Positions 9,324 through 19,953 of a stretch of 64,000 bases of DNA are shown in pieces. Below the pieces are notes generated by a model. That model was not told the origin of the DNA. It was given only the letters and a program-made list of their open reading frames with translations, and did not search any database. The position numbers were made by a program, and so were the translations under genes. Source of the DNA: Candidatus Eiseniibacteriota bacterium (GTDB taxonomy: Bacteria > Eisenbacteria > RBG-16-71-46 > JABDJR01); NCBI GenBank assembly GCA_963762255.1, contig CAVXKA010000001.1:1568001-1632000 (forward strand). The letters run 5' to 3'. Numbering within the stretch: the stretch's first letter is position 1; each line of letters starts with the position of its first letter.

Positions 9324-10091
9324 ATGGCCCGTGCATCCACCAAGGCGCACTGGGACGCCTACTGGAAAGAACACACCGACCCCCACGTCACCTACGACAA
9401 CGACAACCGGGTCATCAACGCGATCCTTGCCCTCGGCGAGGTGCGTGGAAAGCGAATCCTGGAAGTGGGCGCGGGTTCGGGACGTGATTCGATCGAGTTG
9501 GCCCGCCGAGGCGCCCGCGTCACGGTGCTGGACTACGTCCGATCCTCGCTGGACGTGGTCGCCGACAACGCGCGCCAGGCCGGGGTGACCCTCGAAATGG
9601 TCTGCGGCGACGGGACCCGGATGCCCTTCCCGGAGGGGACCTTCGACGTCGTCTTCCACCAGGGTCTCCTCGAGCACTTCCGCGATCCGCGGCCCCTCGT
9701 CGCCGACAACCGCCGTGTGCTCAAGACCGGCGGGCACGTGGTCATCGATGTTCCCCAGCGCTGGCACATCTACACCTTGGGCAAGAAGGTCATGATCGCC
9801 CTCAATAGATGGTTCGCGGGCTGGGAAACCGAGTTCTCCATCCGGGAACTCTCGCGGCTCGTCGAGACGCAGGGGTTCGAAGTGGCCGCGCGCTTCGGCG
9901 ACTGGATGGTTCCGGGGTTCTTCTATCGCGCGACGCGCTACGGTTTGCGCGCGGTGGGCGTGCAGATCCCGCGCCAACCGAACATCGGGCCGCTGGGGAA
10001 GATGACCGACGCGTGGCGGAACTGGTTTCGCAAGCGGCCCGCGGCATTCTGGACGTTCGCCATGATCGGCGTGGTGGGGAAAAAGGTGTGA
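9324..10091 (+). CDS. class I SAM-dependent methyltransferase
   Basis: ILEVGAGSG, FDVVFHQGLLEH, RVLKTGG. Confidence 0.88.
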   Translation: MARASTKAHWDAYWKEHTDPHVTYDNDNRVINAILALGEVRGKRILEVGAGSGRDSIELARRGARVTVLDYVRSSLDVVADNARQAGVTLEMVCGDGTRMPFPEGTFDVVFHQGLLEHFRDPRPLVADNRRVLKTGGHVVIDVPQRWHIYTLGKKVMIALNRWFAGWETEFSIRELSRLVETQGFEVAARFGDWMVPGFFYRATRYGLRAVGVQIPRQPNIGPLGKMTDAWRNWFRKRPAAFWTFAMIGVVGKKV

Positions 10092-11233
10092 GCTACCGCA
10101 TCTGTGTCATGTCCTATCGCGACATGAAGCACCCCGAGGCCGGGGGAGCCGAAGTCATCATCCAGGAGGTGTTCGCCCGCATCGCCGAGCGAGGCCACGA
10201 GGTCACGCTCCTGACAGGCATCTTCCCGGGGGCCTCGGCCACCGACCGCATCGGGCCGCTGGAGATCCACCGGACCGGCAGCGTGTACACCTACAATCAC
10301 CTGGCGCCCCGGTATTTCAACCGGCACCTGGCGTCGCGCGGATACGATTTGGTGGCCGAGGATCTGAACAAGATCCCGCTCTTTCTGCCGTGGCTGGTCA
10401 AGGTTCCCGAACTGGCCATCGTGCCCCATCTCTTCGGGACCACGGTGTTCCAGCAGGCATCGATCCCGATCGGCGCGTATGTCTGGAGCCACGAGCGGTT
10501 CATCCCGCGCGTCTACCGGAACACGATGTTCTCGGTGCTCTCCGAGAGCACCCGCAACGACCTGATCGCCCGGGGGCTGCCGGCGGAGAACCTGCGGGTG
10601 ATCCGCAGCGGGATGGATCACGATCTCTACAAACCGAGTTCGGTCCCGGTCAGCGCCCGCCCCCCCCGAATCGTTTACCTGGGAAGGCTCAAGAAGTACA
10701 AGTGCATCGAGCACCCGATCCTGGCCCTGCCCGAGGTCCTGGCGAAAGTGCCCGACGCCGAGTACTGGATCGTGGGGGAGGGGGATTACCGGGCGGAACT
10801 GGAACGTATTGCCAGCCGGCTCGGGGTGGCCGATCATGTGCGTTTCCCGGGGTTTATGGGTGGGGAGGACAAGGTCCGACTGCTGCAGGAATCGCGTGTG
10901 CTGGCCTACACCTCGCCCAAGGAAGGGTGGGGGCTCTCGGTCATCGAAGCGGGGGCCTGCGCCACCCCGGTGGTGGCCAGCAACTCGCCGGGGCTGTGCG
11001 AGTCGGTCGTGGACGGAAAGACAGGATTCCTTGTCCGCCACGGGGACATCGAGGACCTGGCCGGGAGACTGACGACCCTCCTCCGCGACGATGCCCTCGC
11101 GCAACGCATGGCCGAAGAAGGGGTGCGGTGGGCGGCTACGTTCAACTGGGAGTCCTCGGTGGAGAACACCCTCAAGCTCATCGACGAGATCGTGGCTGGC
11201 GCGCCTGGTCGCGGAAAGAACACGGGGAGGTAG
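10088..11233 (+). CDS. glycosyltransferase family 4
   Basis: AGGAEV, YLGRLKKYK, EGWGLSVIEAGAC; GTGA overlap. Confidence 0.92.
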   Translation: MSYRICVMSYRDMKHPEAGGAEVIIQEVFARIAERGHEVTLLTGIFPGASATDRIGPLEIHRTGSVYTYNHLAPRYFNRHLASRGYDLVAEDLNKIPLFLPWLVKVPELAIVPHLFGTTVFQQASIPIGAYVWSHERFIPRVYRNTMFSVLSESTRNDLIARGLPAENLRVIRSGMDHDLYKPSSVPVSARPPRIVYLGRLKKYKCIEHPILALPEVLAKVPDAEYWIVGEGDYRAELERIASRLGVADHVRFPGFMGGEDKVRLLQESRVLAYTSPKEGWGLSVIEAGACATPVVASNSPGLCESVVDGKTGFLVRHGDIEDLAGRLTTLLRDDALAQRMAEEGVRWAATFNWESSVENTLKLIDEIVAGAPGRGKNTGR

Positions 11234-11243
11234 CACGGTGACC

Positions 11244-13748
11244 ATGCTGTCGCGATTCGCCGAGGACAAGATCAACACGCTGGTCGCCTCGGTCGTCTTC
11301 CTGTTCACGCTGGTCGTCTACACGGTGACGATGACCCCCACCGTGCCTTTCTGGGACAGCGGTGAGTACATCGCCACGTCGTACATCCTGGGTGTTCCTC
11401 ATGCTCCGGGAACGCCGCTGTATGTATTGCTCGGCCGGATGTTCACCTTGCTACCCTTCGGCAATATCGCCCAGCGGGTGAACTGGTTCTCGGCGCTTTC
11501 GTCCGCCGTCGCCGTTCTCTTCATCTACCTGATCGCGGTGAAGGTGATCCGAAAGGTCTCCCCGATCGAGCGCGGTTCCATGAACCGCTATCTCGCCTAT
11601 GTGGGCGGGGCTGTGGGCGCGTTCATGGCGGCGTTCGCCACCACGTTCTGGGACAACGCGGTCGAAGCCGAAGTCTATGCCGCGTCCTGCGCCCTCATGG
11701 CGTTCGTGGTATGGCTGGTGCTGCGCTGGCAGGAGCGTCACGACCAGGGGAACGAGGACGGGCTCTTGCTCGTCATCACCTACATGGTAGGGCTCGGCAT
11801 CGGGATTCACCTGGGGGTAGCGATCGCGGCGTGGGCCGCGGTCATCTTCGTCTTCGCGTGCCGGCCGTCGTATCTCGGGAAGTGGGACTATCTGGGATGG
11901 GGGCTGGTGACCCTCTCTCTGGCCACCGGCATCCACTTGCCCGCCTTCCTGGTAGCGCCGATCGTGCTCGTGTTCACTCTGGTCGTCTGGCTCCTGACCG
12001 GCAAGCTCCGCAAGCTCGCGTTGTGGTCGGCGATTCTGTTCATGGTCGGGGTCTCGGTTCACCTCTTCCTCATCATCCGCTCGAACCTCGATCCGATGAT
12101 CAACGAAGCGGCCCCCAAGACCTGGGACGCCCTGTGGAAGATGTTGATTCGCGACCAGTACAAGCCGCCGCCCATCACCGACCGCAAGGCCGATCTCTGG
12201 TACCAGGTCGACACGATGTACCTGCGCTACATGTGGTGGAACTTCACGCTGTTCTTCGTGAAGGGGAAGGCGTTCTTCCAGCTCCCGATCCTCCTCGCGG
12301 TGATCGGGGCGGCGATCCACTTCTGGCGCGACCGCCGGACCGCCCTGTTGCTCGGCGTCCTGTTCGTGCTCCTGGGACCGGCCATGGTGATCTACCTGAA
12401 CTTCAAGGTGGGGGAAGTCCGCGAGCGCGACTATTTCTTCGTTCAGAACTTCCAGTTCATGGCGATCTGGGTCGGGGTGGGCGCGGCGTGGTCCATCGAG
12501 TGGCTGGTGCGGCAGTTCAAGAGCGCGTCCGCGCGACAGATGGTGGCCACCGGGGCTTCCTCGGCGCTCATCGCCATGTCGATATTGCCTCTCGGCACCA
12601 ACTTCCATCAGCACGACCGGCGCGGCATGTACGTGGCGCGCGACTACGCTTACAACATGCTGGTGGCGCTGGAGCCGAACGCGATCATCCTCACCAACGG
12701 TGACAACGACACCTTCCCGCTGTGGTACATCCAGGAGGTGGAGGGGGTCCGCAAGGACGTTCGGGTGGTGAATCTGAGCCTGCTCAACACCGACTGGTAC
12801 ATCAAGCAGCTCCGCGATCTCGTGCCGAAGGTGCCTCTGTCGTTCACCGACGCTCAGATCGCCGAGCTGCGGCCGTACCGGTCCAGCGCCGGGCGGATCA
12901 TGATGGTCAAGGACCAGGCGGTGGAGAACATCATCGCCACCAACAAGTGGCAACGTCCGCTCTACCTGGCGGTGACCGTTCCGGACGTCATGGCGCTCGA
13001 CAAGCAGTTGGTCATGGAAGGACTGGTGTTCCGGATCAATCCGACCCCGGTCACCGAGCGAATCAACCTGGCCAAGACCCTCGAGAATCTCAACAAGGTC
13101 TACAGGTACGAGGGGCTCCTGGTGCAGGACCCGACCAACTACGTGAACTCGTTCGGCGTGTACGACTCGACGGTGTTCAAGGACGACAATGCCACCCGTC
13201 TCGTGCAGAACTACGCCGCCGCGTTCAGCCGCGCCGCACTGGCCCTCTTCGAGGAGGGACGCACCGAGGAAGCGCTCAAGGAGATGGACAAGGCCGAGGC
13301 CATCTCCCCCTACTTCCCCGGGGTGGCGCTGGCGAAAGGCGTGCTCCTGGAAGAGTTGGGGCGTACCGGCGACGCGATCGCGCATTATCAGAAGATGCTG
13401 CAGCGTTATCACGGCGACTGGCAGATCGCGTTGCGGCTCGGGCAGGTCCTCCTCAACGACAGCCGGGCGGAAGAGAGCATTGCCTACTTCGAGATGGCGC
13501 GTCGGAACGCTCCCGGCGAGTACTATCCGTACCAGGGGTTGGCCAGCGCGTACTACCAGTTGAAGCGCTATCAGGAGGCGCTGGCCGTACTCGAGCAGCT
13601 TGCGGTGCAGCATCCCGAGGACAAGAACATCCGTGCCTACATCGAGGAGCTGCGCCAGTCCATGAAGTCCGGGGAAGTTCCCTCGGCGGGAGGCGATTCG
13701 GCGCGATCCTCGGGCGGCGGAGCGCCCGCGAACCCCAATGGGAACTGA
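11244..13748 (+). CDS. DUF2723 (TMEM260-like) GT-C protein O-mannosyltransferase candidate with C-terminal TPRs
   Basis: FWDSGEYI..S..LGVPHAPGTPLY, AVEAEVY, RERDYFF, TNGDNDTFPLWY.QEVEG.RKDV.VVNLSLLNT.WY; many TMs; TPR helices. Confidence 0.9.
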   Translation: MLSRFAEDKINTLVASVVFLFTLVVYTVTMTPTVPFWDSGEYIATSYILGVPHAPGTPLYVLLGRMFTLLPFGNIAQRVNWFSALSSAVAVLFIYLIAVKVIRKVSPIERGSMNRYLAYVGGAVGAFMAAFATTFWDNAVEAEVYAASCALMAFVVWLVLRWQERHDQGNEDGLLLVITYMVGLGIGIHLGVAIAAWAAVIFVFACRPSYLGKWDYLGWGLVTLSLATGIHLPAFLVAPIVLVFTLVVWLLTGKLRKLALWSAILFMVGVSVHLFLIIRSNLDPMINEAAPKTWDALWKMLIRDQYKPPPITDRKADLWYQVDTMYLRYMWWNFTLFFVKGKAFFQLPILLAVIGAAIHFWRDRRTALLLGVLFVLLGPAMVIYLNFKVGEVRERDYFFVQNFQFMAIWVGVGAAWSIEWLVRQFKSASARQMVATGASSALIAMSILPLGTNFHQHDRRGMYVARDYAYNMLVALEPNAIILTNGDNDTFPLWYIQEVEGVRKDVRVVNLSLLNTDWYIKQLRDLVPKVPLSFTDAQIAELRPYRSSAGRIMMVKDQAVENIIATNKWQRPLYLAVTVPDVMALDKQLVMEGLVFRINPTPVTERINLAKTLENLNKVYRYEGLLVQDPTNYVNSFGVYDSTVFKDDNATRLVQNYAAAFSRAALALFEEGRTEEALKEMDKAEAISPYFPGVALAKGVLLEELGRTGDAIAHYQKMLQRYHGDWQIALRLGQVLLNDSRAEESIAYFEMARRNAPGEYYPYQGLASAYYQLKRYQEALAVLEQLAVQHPEDKNIRAYIEELRQSMKSGEVPSAGGDSARSSGGGAPANPNGN

Positions 13749-14727
13749 AGCGCGTCCAGCGGCGCTGGTGACCGGGGTGGCGGGCTTCCTCGGCTCCCAT
13801 CTCGCTGAAGCACTCCTGGATCGCGGTCATCGTGTGATCGGGGTAGACGCCTTCACGCCGTACTACGCGCGCGCCCTCAAGGAAGCGAACCTGGAGGCGC
13901 TACGTGCGCGTCCGGGCTTTCGATTCGTCGAGGCCGACCTTCGCTCCGCCTCGATCGCGCCGCTGGTAATCGGGGCGCCCTGGGTCTTCCACCAGGCCGC
14001 CCAGCCCGGAGTGCGCGCCTCCTGGGACGAAGGCTTCGCCGACTATGTCAGCCACAACCTTCTCGGCACCCAGCGGCTTCTCGATGCGTGCCGCACCGCG
14101 CATACCGAACGGTTCGTGTTCGCCTCTTCATCTTCGGTGTACGGCAACGTCCCCGAGGGGTTGGTGGGGGAAGACGCCCCGGCGCGTCCGCTCTCGCCGT
14201 ACGGCGTCACCAAGCTCGCCTCGGAGAAGCTCGTCGAGGTCTACCATCGCGAGTTCGGCCTCCAGACCGTGAGCCTGCGCTACTTCACCGTGTGCGGCCC
14301 GCGCCAGCGGCCGGACATGGCGTTTCACAAGATCCTGCGCGCGCTCCATCGCGGCGAGGAATTCCCGCGCTACGGCGACGGATCCCAGGAGCGCGACTTC
14401 ACCTACGTGGGGGACGCGGTGGAGGCCAACTTGCTCGCCGCGCAGCGCGGGCGTGCGGGCACCGTCTACAACATCGGCGGCGGACATCCGGTCTCGCTGT
14501 CGTACACCATCGAGGTGCTGGAGAAGGCGACGGGCCGGCGCGCGCGGATCCGGGCGTTGCCGCGCGCGGAGGGCGATCCGCGACGCACCGCCGCCGATCT
14601 CGCCCGGGCGCGGGACGAGATGGGCTACGCGCCCAAGGTGACGGTGGAGGAAGCGCTCCGGCGCGAGGCGGAGTGGTTCGCGGGACCGCGCGGACCGTTG
14701 GCTCTTTCCGCGGAGGCGGGGGCATGA
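13738..14727 (+). CDS. NAD-dependent sugar epimerase (UDP-uronate/glucose 4-epimerase-like)
   Basis: TGVAGFLG, AAQPGVR.S, ASSSSVYG, YGVTK, RYFTV.GP.QRPDMA. Confidence 0.9.
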   Translation: MGTEARPAALVTGVAGFLGSHLAEALLDRGHRVIGVDAFTPYYARALKEANLEALRARPGFRFVEADLRSASIAPLVIGAPWVFHQAAQPGVRASWDEGFADYVSHNLLGTQRLLDACRTAHTERFVFASSSSVYGNVPEGLVGEDAPARPLSPYGVTKLASEKLVEVYHREFGLQTVSLRYFTVCGPRQRPDMAFHKILRALHRGEEFPRYGDGSQERDFTYVGDAVEANLLAAQRGRAGTVYNIGGGHPVSLSYTIEVLEKATGRRARIRALPRAEGDPRRTAADLARARDEMGYAPKVTVEEALRREAEWFAGPRGPLALSAEAGA

Positions 14728-15647
14728 AGCCGTACGTGAGCGTCGTGGTTCCGGCCTACAACGAAGCCGAGAGCCTTCCCGAGTTGGTGGAGCGCGTGAA
14801 GAGCGTCCTGGCCCCGACCGGCCGCGATTGGGAACTGATCGTCGTGGACGACGGGAGCACCGACGCCACTCTCGAGGTGCTGCGGCGCCTCGCCGCGCAA
14901 GTCCCCCAACTCCGCTTCCGATCGTTCCTGCGCAACTACGGGAAGTCCGCCGCGCTGAACGTGGCCTTTGCGGATGCCTGCGGCGAGCGGATCATCACCA
15001 TGGACGCCGACCTGCAAGACGACCCCGCCGAGTTTCCCGCGCTCCTCGCGAAAATCGAGGAGGGATGGGACCTCGTATCCGGATGGAAGCAGGTGCGCCA
15101 CGATCCGCCGAACAAGACCATTCCCTCCAAGTTCTTCAACTCGGTGACGAGTTCGGTGGCGGGTGTGAAGCTCCACGATTTCAATTGCGGCCTCAAGGCG
15201 TACCGCGCGTGCGTGGCCAAGGGGCTGCCCGTCTACGGAGAGCTGCACCGGTTCCTGCCCGCGCTGGCGCACTGGCAGGGGTACCGGGTCACCGAGATCC
15301 CCGTGCTCCACCACGCTCGCAAGCACGGGCGGAGCAAGTTCGGCGCGAGCCGGTTCGTGAACGGCTTCCTGGACCTGCTGACCGTCACCTTCGTCCACTC
15401 CGGGCGGCACAGCCCGTTGCACGTGTTCGGCCGGGTCGGGATCGCGCTCGGCGTTCTCGGCGCTGCCATCCTCTCCGGCTTCGTCTACACCTGGGCCATC
15501 GGGCACGCGGTGCGCACGCGCCCGCTCTTCTTTATCGGTCTCATCATGCTCATCGTCGCGGTGCAGTTCATCTCGCTGGGGCTTCTCGGCGAGCTGGTCG
15601 TGAAAGGGCAGTCGCGCCCGCCCTATCAGTTCCGGGAAGACGCGTGA
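14724..15647 (+). CDS. GT2 polyprenol-phosphate glycosyltransferase (ArnC/GtrB-like)
   Basis: VPAYNE, VDDGS.D, MDADLQDDP, HDFNCGLKAYR, two C-terminal TMs. Confidence 0.9.
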   Translation: MKPYVSVVVPAYNEAESLPELVERVKSVLAPTGRDWELIVVDDGSTDATLEVLRRLAAQVPQLRFRSFLRNYGKSAALNVAFADACGERIITMDADLQDDPAEFPALLAKIEEGWDLVSGWKQVRHDPPNKTIPSKFFNSVTSSVAGVKLHDFNCGLKAYRACVAKGLPVYGELHRFLPALAHWQGYRVTEIPVLHHARKHGRSKFGASRFVNGFLDLLTVTFVHSGRHSPLHVFGRVGIALGVLGAAILSGFVYTWAIGHAVRTRPLFFIGLIMLIVAVQFISLGLLGELVVKGQSRPPYQFREDA

Positions 15648-16360
15648 GCGACGGGTCGCCGCGAGCGGCGGTGCTGGCCGGCGGGCTCGGAACCCGCATC
15701 CGCTCGGTGGGGGGGATCACGCCGAAGGTGCTTCTCCCGGTGGCGGGACGGCCGTTCCTCGCCCATCTGCTCGATTATCTCGCGCGGCAGGGAGTCACCG
15801 AGGCGGTGCTCTGCCTGGGGTACGCGGCCGACGCGGTAGCCGCGGCCGCGCGCGAGCACCGGCCGGTCGGGCTCGACCTCGTCGAGTCGCGCGAGACCGT
15901 CGCTATGGGCACCGGCGGCGCGATCCGGGACGCGCTGGACCGGCTCGGCGGGACCTTCTACATCGTCAACGGCGACACCTACCTCGATGCGCCGCTCCCG
16001 CGCCTGCTCGGCTTCCATCGTTCCACCGGCGCCGCGCTCACGCTCTCGCTCGTGCGTTCTCCGCAAGCGGCCGAGAAGGGAACGGTGCGCGTCGCTCCCG
16101 GCGGACGCGTCCTGGAGTTTGCCGAGAAGACGCCGGAGGGAACCGGGCTCATCAACGCCGGGGCCTATGTCGCGGAAGCCGGCTTCTTCGAGGCGGCGCC
16201 GCCCGTGGGATCCTGCTCGCTCGAGCGCGATATCATTCCCGAGGCGCTCCGTCGCGGGATGACGGTCATGGGGCGCGTCGTCGAGGCGCCCTTCGTGGAC
16301 ATCGGCCTGCCCGAAGACTATCTGCGCGTGCGTGACGGTTTGCCGGGAGGAAACCCATGA
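15644..16360 (+). CDS. hddC: sugar-1-phosphate nucleotidyltransferase, HddC-like (heptose-1-P guanylyltransferase)
   Basis: LAGGLGTR...PK.L.PVAGRPF, GTGGAI, NGDTY, INAG, FVDIG.PEDY; adjacent to HddA-like kinase. Confidence 0.7.
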   Translation: MSDGSPRAAVLAGGLGTRIRSVGGITPKVLLPVAGRPFLAHLLDYLARQGVTEAVLCLGYAADAVAAAAREHRPVGLDLVESRETVAMGTGGAIRDALDRLGGTFYIVNGDTYLDAPLPRLLGFHRSTGAALTLSLVRSPQAAEKGTVRVAPGGRVLEFAEKTPEGTGLINAGAYVAEAGFFEAAPPVGSCSLERDIIPEALRRGMTVMGRVVEAPFVDIGLPEDYLRVRDGLPGGNP

Positions 16361-17373
16361 GCGATCGGATCTTCCGCGCCAAGGCGCCGCTACGCATCTC
16401 GTTCTGCGGCGGCGGCACCGACGTCTCCCCGTACCCCGCCGAGCGGGGCGGGGTCGTTCTCTCGTCCACCGTGGACAAGTACGCTTACGCCTCGTTGCGG
16501 CCGCGCGCCGACGACCGCCTGCGCATCCGCTCGCTCGACTACGATATCGTCGCCAATTACGACCGCTCCAAGCTGGAATACGACGGCGAACTGGATCTGG
16601 TGAAGGCGGTGGCCAGGCACTTCAAGATGCCAACGGGGGCGGATCTCTTCATCCACTCCGACGCGCCTCCCGGAAGCGGGCTCGGCTCCTCGTCCACCAT
16701 GTGCGTGGCGCTGGTCGGGGTATTCGCCGAGTGGCTCAAGATGCCGATGACGAGCTACGAGATGGCCGAACTCACCTTCCGGATCGAACGCGAGGAGCTT
16801 GCCATCGCCGGCGGCCGGCAGGACCAGTACGCGGCGACCTTCGGCGGGTTCAACTACATCGAGTTCTTCGAGAGCCTCACCGTCGTGAACCCGCTGCGTA
16901 TCCGCTCCGAGCTCCGCCATGAGCTGGAGTACAACCTGCTGCTCTGCTATACGGGACAGACGCGGCTGTCCGCCAACATCGTGGAGAGCCAGACGCGCTC
17001 CTACCAGGAGCGGCACGAGCCGGTGGTGCGCGCGCTGGACCGCATGAAGGAGCTGACCCAGGAGATGAAGACCGCGCTCTTGACCGGCGATCTGCCGAAC
17101 TTCGGCAAGCTCCTTCACGTTGCCTGGATGGAGAAGAAGCAGCTCGACGAGAAGATCAGCACGACCCGCATCGACAATCTCTATTCCCTCGCCCGCCGGC
17201 ACGGGGCACTGGGCGGGAAGATCCTGGGAGCGGGCGGCGGCGGCTACCTGCTTGTGTATGCCCCATTCACCAAGAAGCATCAGGTCGCGCGCGTTCTCGG
17301 CGAGGCGGGGGGCGCCATGGTTCCCTTCACCTTCACCGAGGAAGGGCTGGCCACATGGAGCGTGGCCGCCTGA
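16357..17373 (+). CDS. hddA: GHMP kinase, D-glycero-alpha-D-manno-heptose-7-phosphate kinase-like
   Basis: APLRISFCGGGTD, PPGSGLGSSS, GGRQDQYAATFGG, GGKILGAGGGG. Confidence 0.85.
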   Translation: MSDRIFRAKAPLRISFCGGGTDVSPYPAERGGVVLSSTVDKYAYASLRPRADDRLRIRSLDYDIVANYDRSKLEYDGELDLVKAVARHFKMPTGADLFIHSDAPPGSGLGSSSTMCVALVGVFAEWLKMPMTSYEMAELTFRIEREELAIAGGRQDQYAATFGGFNYIEFFESLTVVNPLRIRSELRHELEYNLLLCYTGQTRLSANIVESQTRSYQERHEPVVRALDRMKELTQEMKTALLTGDLPNFGKLLHVAWMEKKQLDEKISTTRIDNLYSLARRHGALGGKILGAGGGGYLLVYAPFTKKHQVARVLGEAGGAMVPFTFTEEGLATWSVAA

Positions 17374-17425
17374 TCGGTCGCGACGAGGAATCGGCCGTGA
17401 CGGAGCGCCCCGAGGGATCAGCCGC

Positions 17426-18622
17426 GTGAAGTTCGTTCTGGTCGGGACCGCGTATCCGCACCGGGGGGGAATCGCGCACTACATCGCGCTCCTCTCCCGC
17501 GAGTTGGTCACCCGCGGCCACGAGGTCAAGGTGATCTCGTTCTCGCGCCAGTATCCGTCCGTGCTCTTCCCCGGGAAATCGCAGGACGAGACCGGCCCGG
17601 AGGCGATCCGGGTCGACTCCGAGCGCCTCATCGACAGCATCGGCCCGTGGAGCTGGTTCCGCGCGGCGCGTCGCATCGGCGAGATCCGCCCCGACCTCGT
17701 GGTGTTCAAGTACTGGATGCCGTTCTTCGCTCCCTCCTACGGGACCATCGCGCGCGGCGCGCGCCGGCGGGGGATTCGCACCTGCTTTCTGCTCGACAAC
17801 GTAATCCCGCACGAGCGACGCCCGGGCGATCTCGCATTGACGCGTTACGCGCTGGGCCCGATCGACACCTTCATCGCCCAATCCAGATCGGTGGCCGAGG
17901 ATCTTCGGCGGTTCCGCCCCGAGGCGCCCATGCTCGAGGTGCCGCATCCGGTCTACAGCATCTTCGGCAAGGGGACCGAGCGCGAGGCGGCGCGGCGGCG
18001 CCTCGGCGTGACCGCGCACGACGTGGCCCTCTTCTTCGGATTCATCCGCCGGTACAAAGGGCTCGCCAACCTGCTGCGCGCGGTGGCGCTGATCCCGCGG
18101 GAGCGGAGCTTCCAGCTTCTCATCGGCGGCGAGTTCTACGAGGACGAGGCGGCGACCAAGAGCCTCATCCGGGAGTTGGGTCTGGGCGACCGCGTCGTTC
18201 TCCACGATCGCTACATCGCCAACGAGGAAGTGGCCGACTTTTTCAGCGCCGCCAACGTGGCCGTGCTTCCCTATGTGACCGCCACTCAGAGCGGGATCAT
18301 CCAGATCGCGATGAACTTCAACTGCCCGGTCATCACCACCGATGTCGGGGGTCTCCCCGAGGTCGTGCGCGCGGGCGTGCTGGGCGAAGTGGTGCCGCCG
18401 GAGGATCCGGCCGCGCTGGCCGCGGCGATCGTCGACTACTTCGATCGCGGCAAGGAGGCGATCTACACGCCGAACGTGGCGCGGGAGAAGGAGCGCTACT
18501 CGTGGGGACGCTTGGTGGAGGCGCTGGAGACCTTTGCGCGCGGGGAGACGCCGCGGGCGCCCGAAGCGGGCGCGGCCGACGCGGGTGGGTCGCCGGCGGG
18601 TGGGGGAGCGCCGCGCCGATGA
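17426..18622 (+). CDS. glycosyltransferase family 4
   Basis: YPHRGGIAHY, FFGFIRRYKGL, LPYVTATQSG, TDVGGLPE. Confidence 0.92.
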   Translation: MKFVLVGTAYPHRGGIAHYIALLSRELVTRGHEVKVISFSRQYPSVLFPGKSQDETGPEAIRVDSERLIDSIGPWSWFRAARRIGEIRPDLVVFKYWMPFFAPSYGTIARGARRRGIRTCFLLDNVIPHERRPGDLALTRYALGPIDTFIAQSRSVAEDLRRFRPEAPMLEVPHPVYSIFGKGTEREAARRRLGVTAHDVALFFGFIRRYKGLANLLRAVALIPRERSFQLLIGGEFYEDEAATKSLIRELGLGDRVVLHDRYIANEEVADFFSAANVAVLPYVTATQSGIIQIAMNFNCPVITTDVGGLPEVVRAGVLGEVVPPEDPAALAAAIVDYFDRGKEAIYTPNVAREKERYSWGRLVEALETFARGETPRAPEAGAADAGGSPAGGGAPRR

Positions 18623-19953
18623 CCCGTCGTCGCGTGCTCATCGTGGCCTACTACTTCCCGCCGTCGGGGGGGCCCGGCGTGCAGCGCGTGCTCAAGGCGG
18701 TGCGCTACCTCCCCGAGTTCGGCTGGGATCCCGCCGTGCTCACCGTGCGGGACGCCGACTATCCGGCGCGGGACGAGTCTCTCCTGAACGAGATCCCGTC
18801 CTCCGTGCCGGTGGAGCGCACGACGATCCCCGAGCCCTACACGCTTTACCGTAAGCTCACCGGCCGCGCGAAGGGTACGGCGGTGGACGTGAACGTGAAC
18901 GTCGACCCCGACATGCGGATGCCGGTCAAAGAGCGACTCGCTCAGTGGGTTCGCGGCATGGTTTTCATCCCCGACGCGCGAGTGGGATGGTTGCTGACGG
19001 GCCGCGGGCCCGGCGTTCGCTTCGCGCGCCGCTTCGGCGCGAATCTCGTGCACTCCTCGTCGCCGCCCTATACCTGCGCGCTCCTCGGACGGGCGATCGC
19101 ACGCGGCGCCGGCATCCCATGGGTGCCGGAGTTCCGCGATCCGTGGACGGGATTCTTGAGCGCGCCTCGGCGGCCCGAACCCGCGCGCGGTATCGATCGC
19201 CGCCTCGAACGCGGTGTCTATCACGATGCGCCGCGGATGGTGGTGGCATGGCGAGGCATCGCCGAGGATTTCCAAGCCAAGTACCCGCGCGAGGACGCCT
19301 CCAAGTTCCGACACATCGCCAACGGCTACGACCCCGAGGATCTGGAGGGGATCGCGCCTGTCGTCAACGACCGCTTCACCATGGTCTACACCGGTTCCAT
19401 GTACGGCGTGCGAAACCCGGACACGTTCCTGCAAGCGGTGGCGAAGCTCCTTGCTGCCGGTCGCATCGATCCCGCCCGAGCGCGCTTCCGCTTCGTGGGC
19501 CGCTTCGGGGAGGAGGTGCGGGCCATGTTCCGCCGCCCCGAGGTGGCGGCGGTCGTCGAGGAGTGCGGCTACGCTCCTCATGCCCAAAGCGTGGCCGAGA
19601 CGCTGGGGGCCCACGCGCTTCTCCTCGTGGTGGATGACGTGCGCGGATCCGAGGGCATTGTTCCCGGCAAGGTTTTCGAATACATTGGCGCGCGGCGGCC
19701 GGTTCTGGCCCTCGGCCCCGAAGGCGCGGTAGCCGACCTGATTCACGAGACGGGCGCCGGTATCGTTCTGCGCAACCACGATGTGGACGGCATCGCCGAG
19801 GCACTGGCCGCTCTCTACGACGAGTGGCGCCGAACCGGCGCCGTCGCATTCCCCGGCCGTGAAGACGCGGTTCTTCGTTTGAGTCGCCGCGAGCGCACCC
19901 GCGACTTGGCCCGCGTGTTCGATGAAGTTCTGGAGGTACAGCATGGCGCGTAA
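18619..19953 (+). CDS. glycosyltransferase family 4
   Basis: AYYFPPSGGPGVQR, FRDPW, NGYD, PGKVFEY. Confidence 0.92.
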   Translation: MTRRRVLIVAYYFPPSGGPGVQRVLKAVRYLPEFGWDPAVLTVRDADYPARDESLLNEIPSSVPVERTTIPEPYTLYRKLTGRAKGTAVDVNVNVDPDMRMPVKERLAQWVRGMVFIPDARVGWLLTGRGPGVRFARRFGANLVHSSSPPYTCALLGRAIARGAGIPWVPEFRDPWTGFLSAPRRPEPARGIDRRLERGVYHDAPRMVVAWRGIAEDFQAKYPREDASKFRHIANGYDPEDLEGIAPVVNDRFTMVYTGSMYGVRNPDTFLQAVAKLLAAGRIDPARARFRFVGRFGEEVRAMFRRPEVAAVVEECGYAPHAQSVAETLGAHALLLVVDDVRGSEGIVPGKVFEYIGARRPVLALGPEGAVADLIHETGAGIVLRNHDVDGIAEALAALYDEWRRTGAVAFPGREDAVLRLSRRERTRDLARVFDEVLEVQHGA

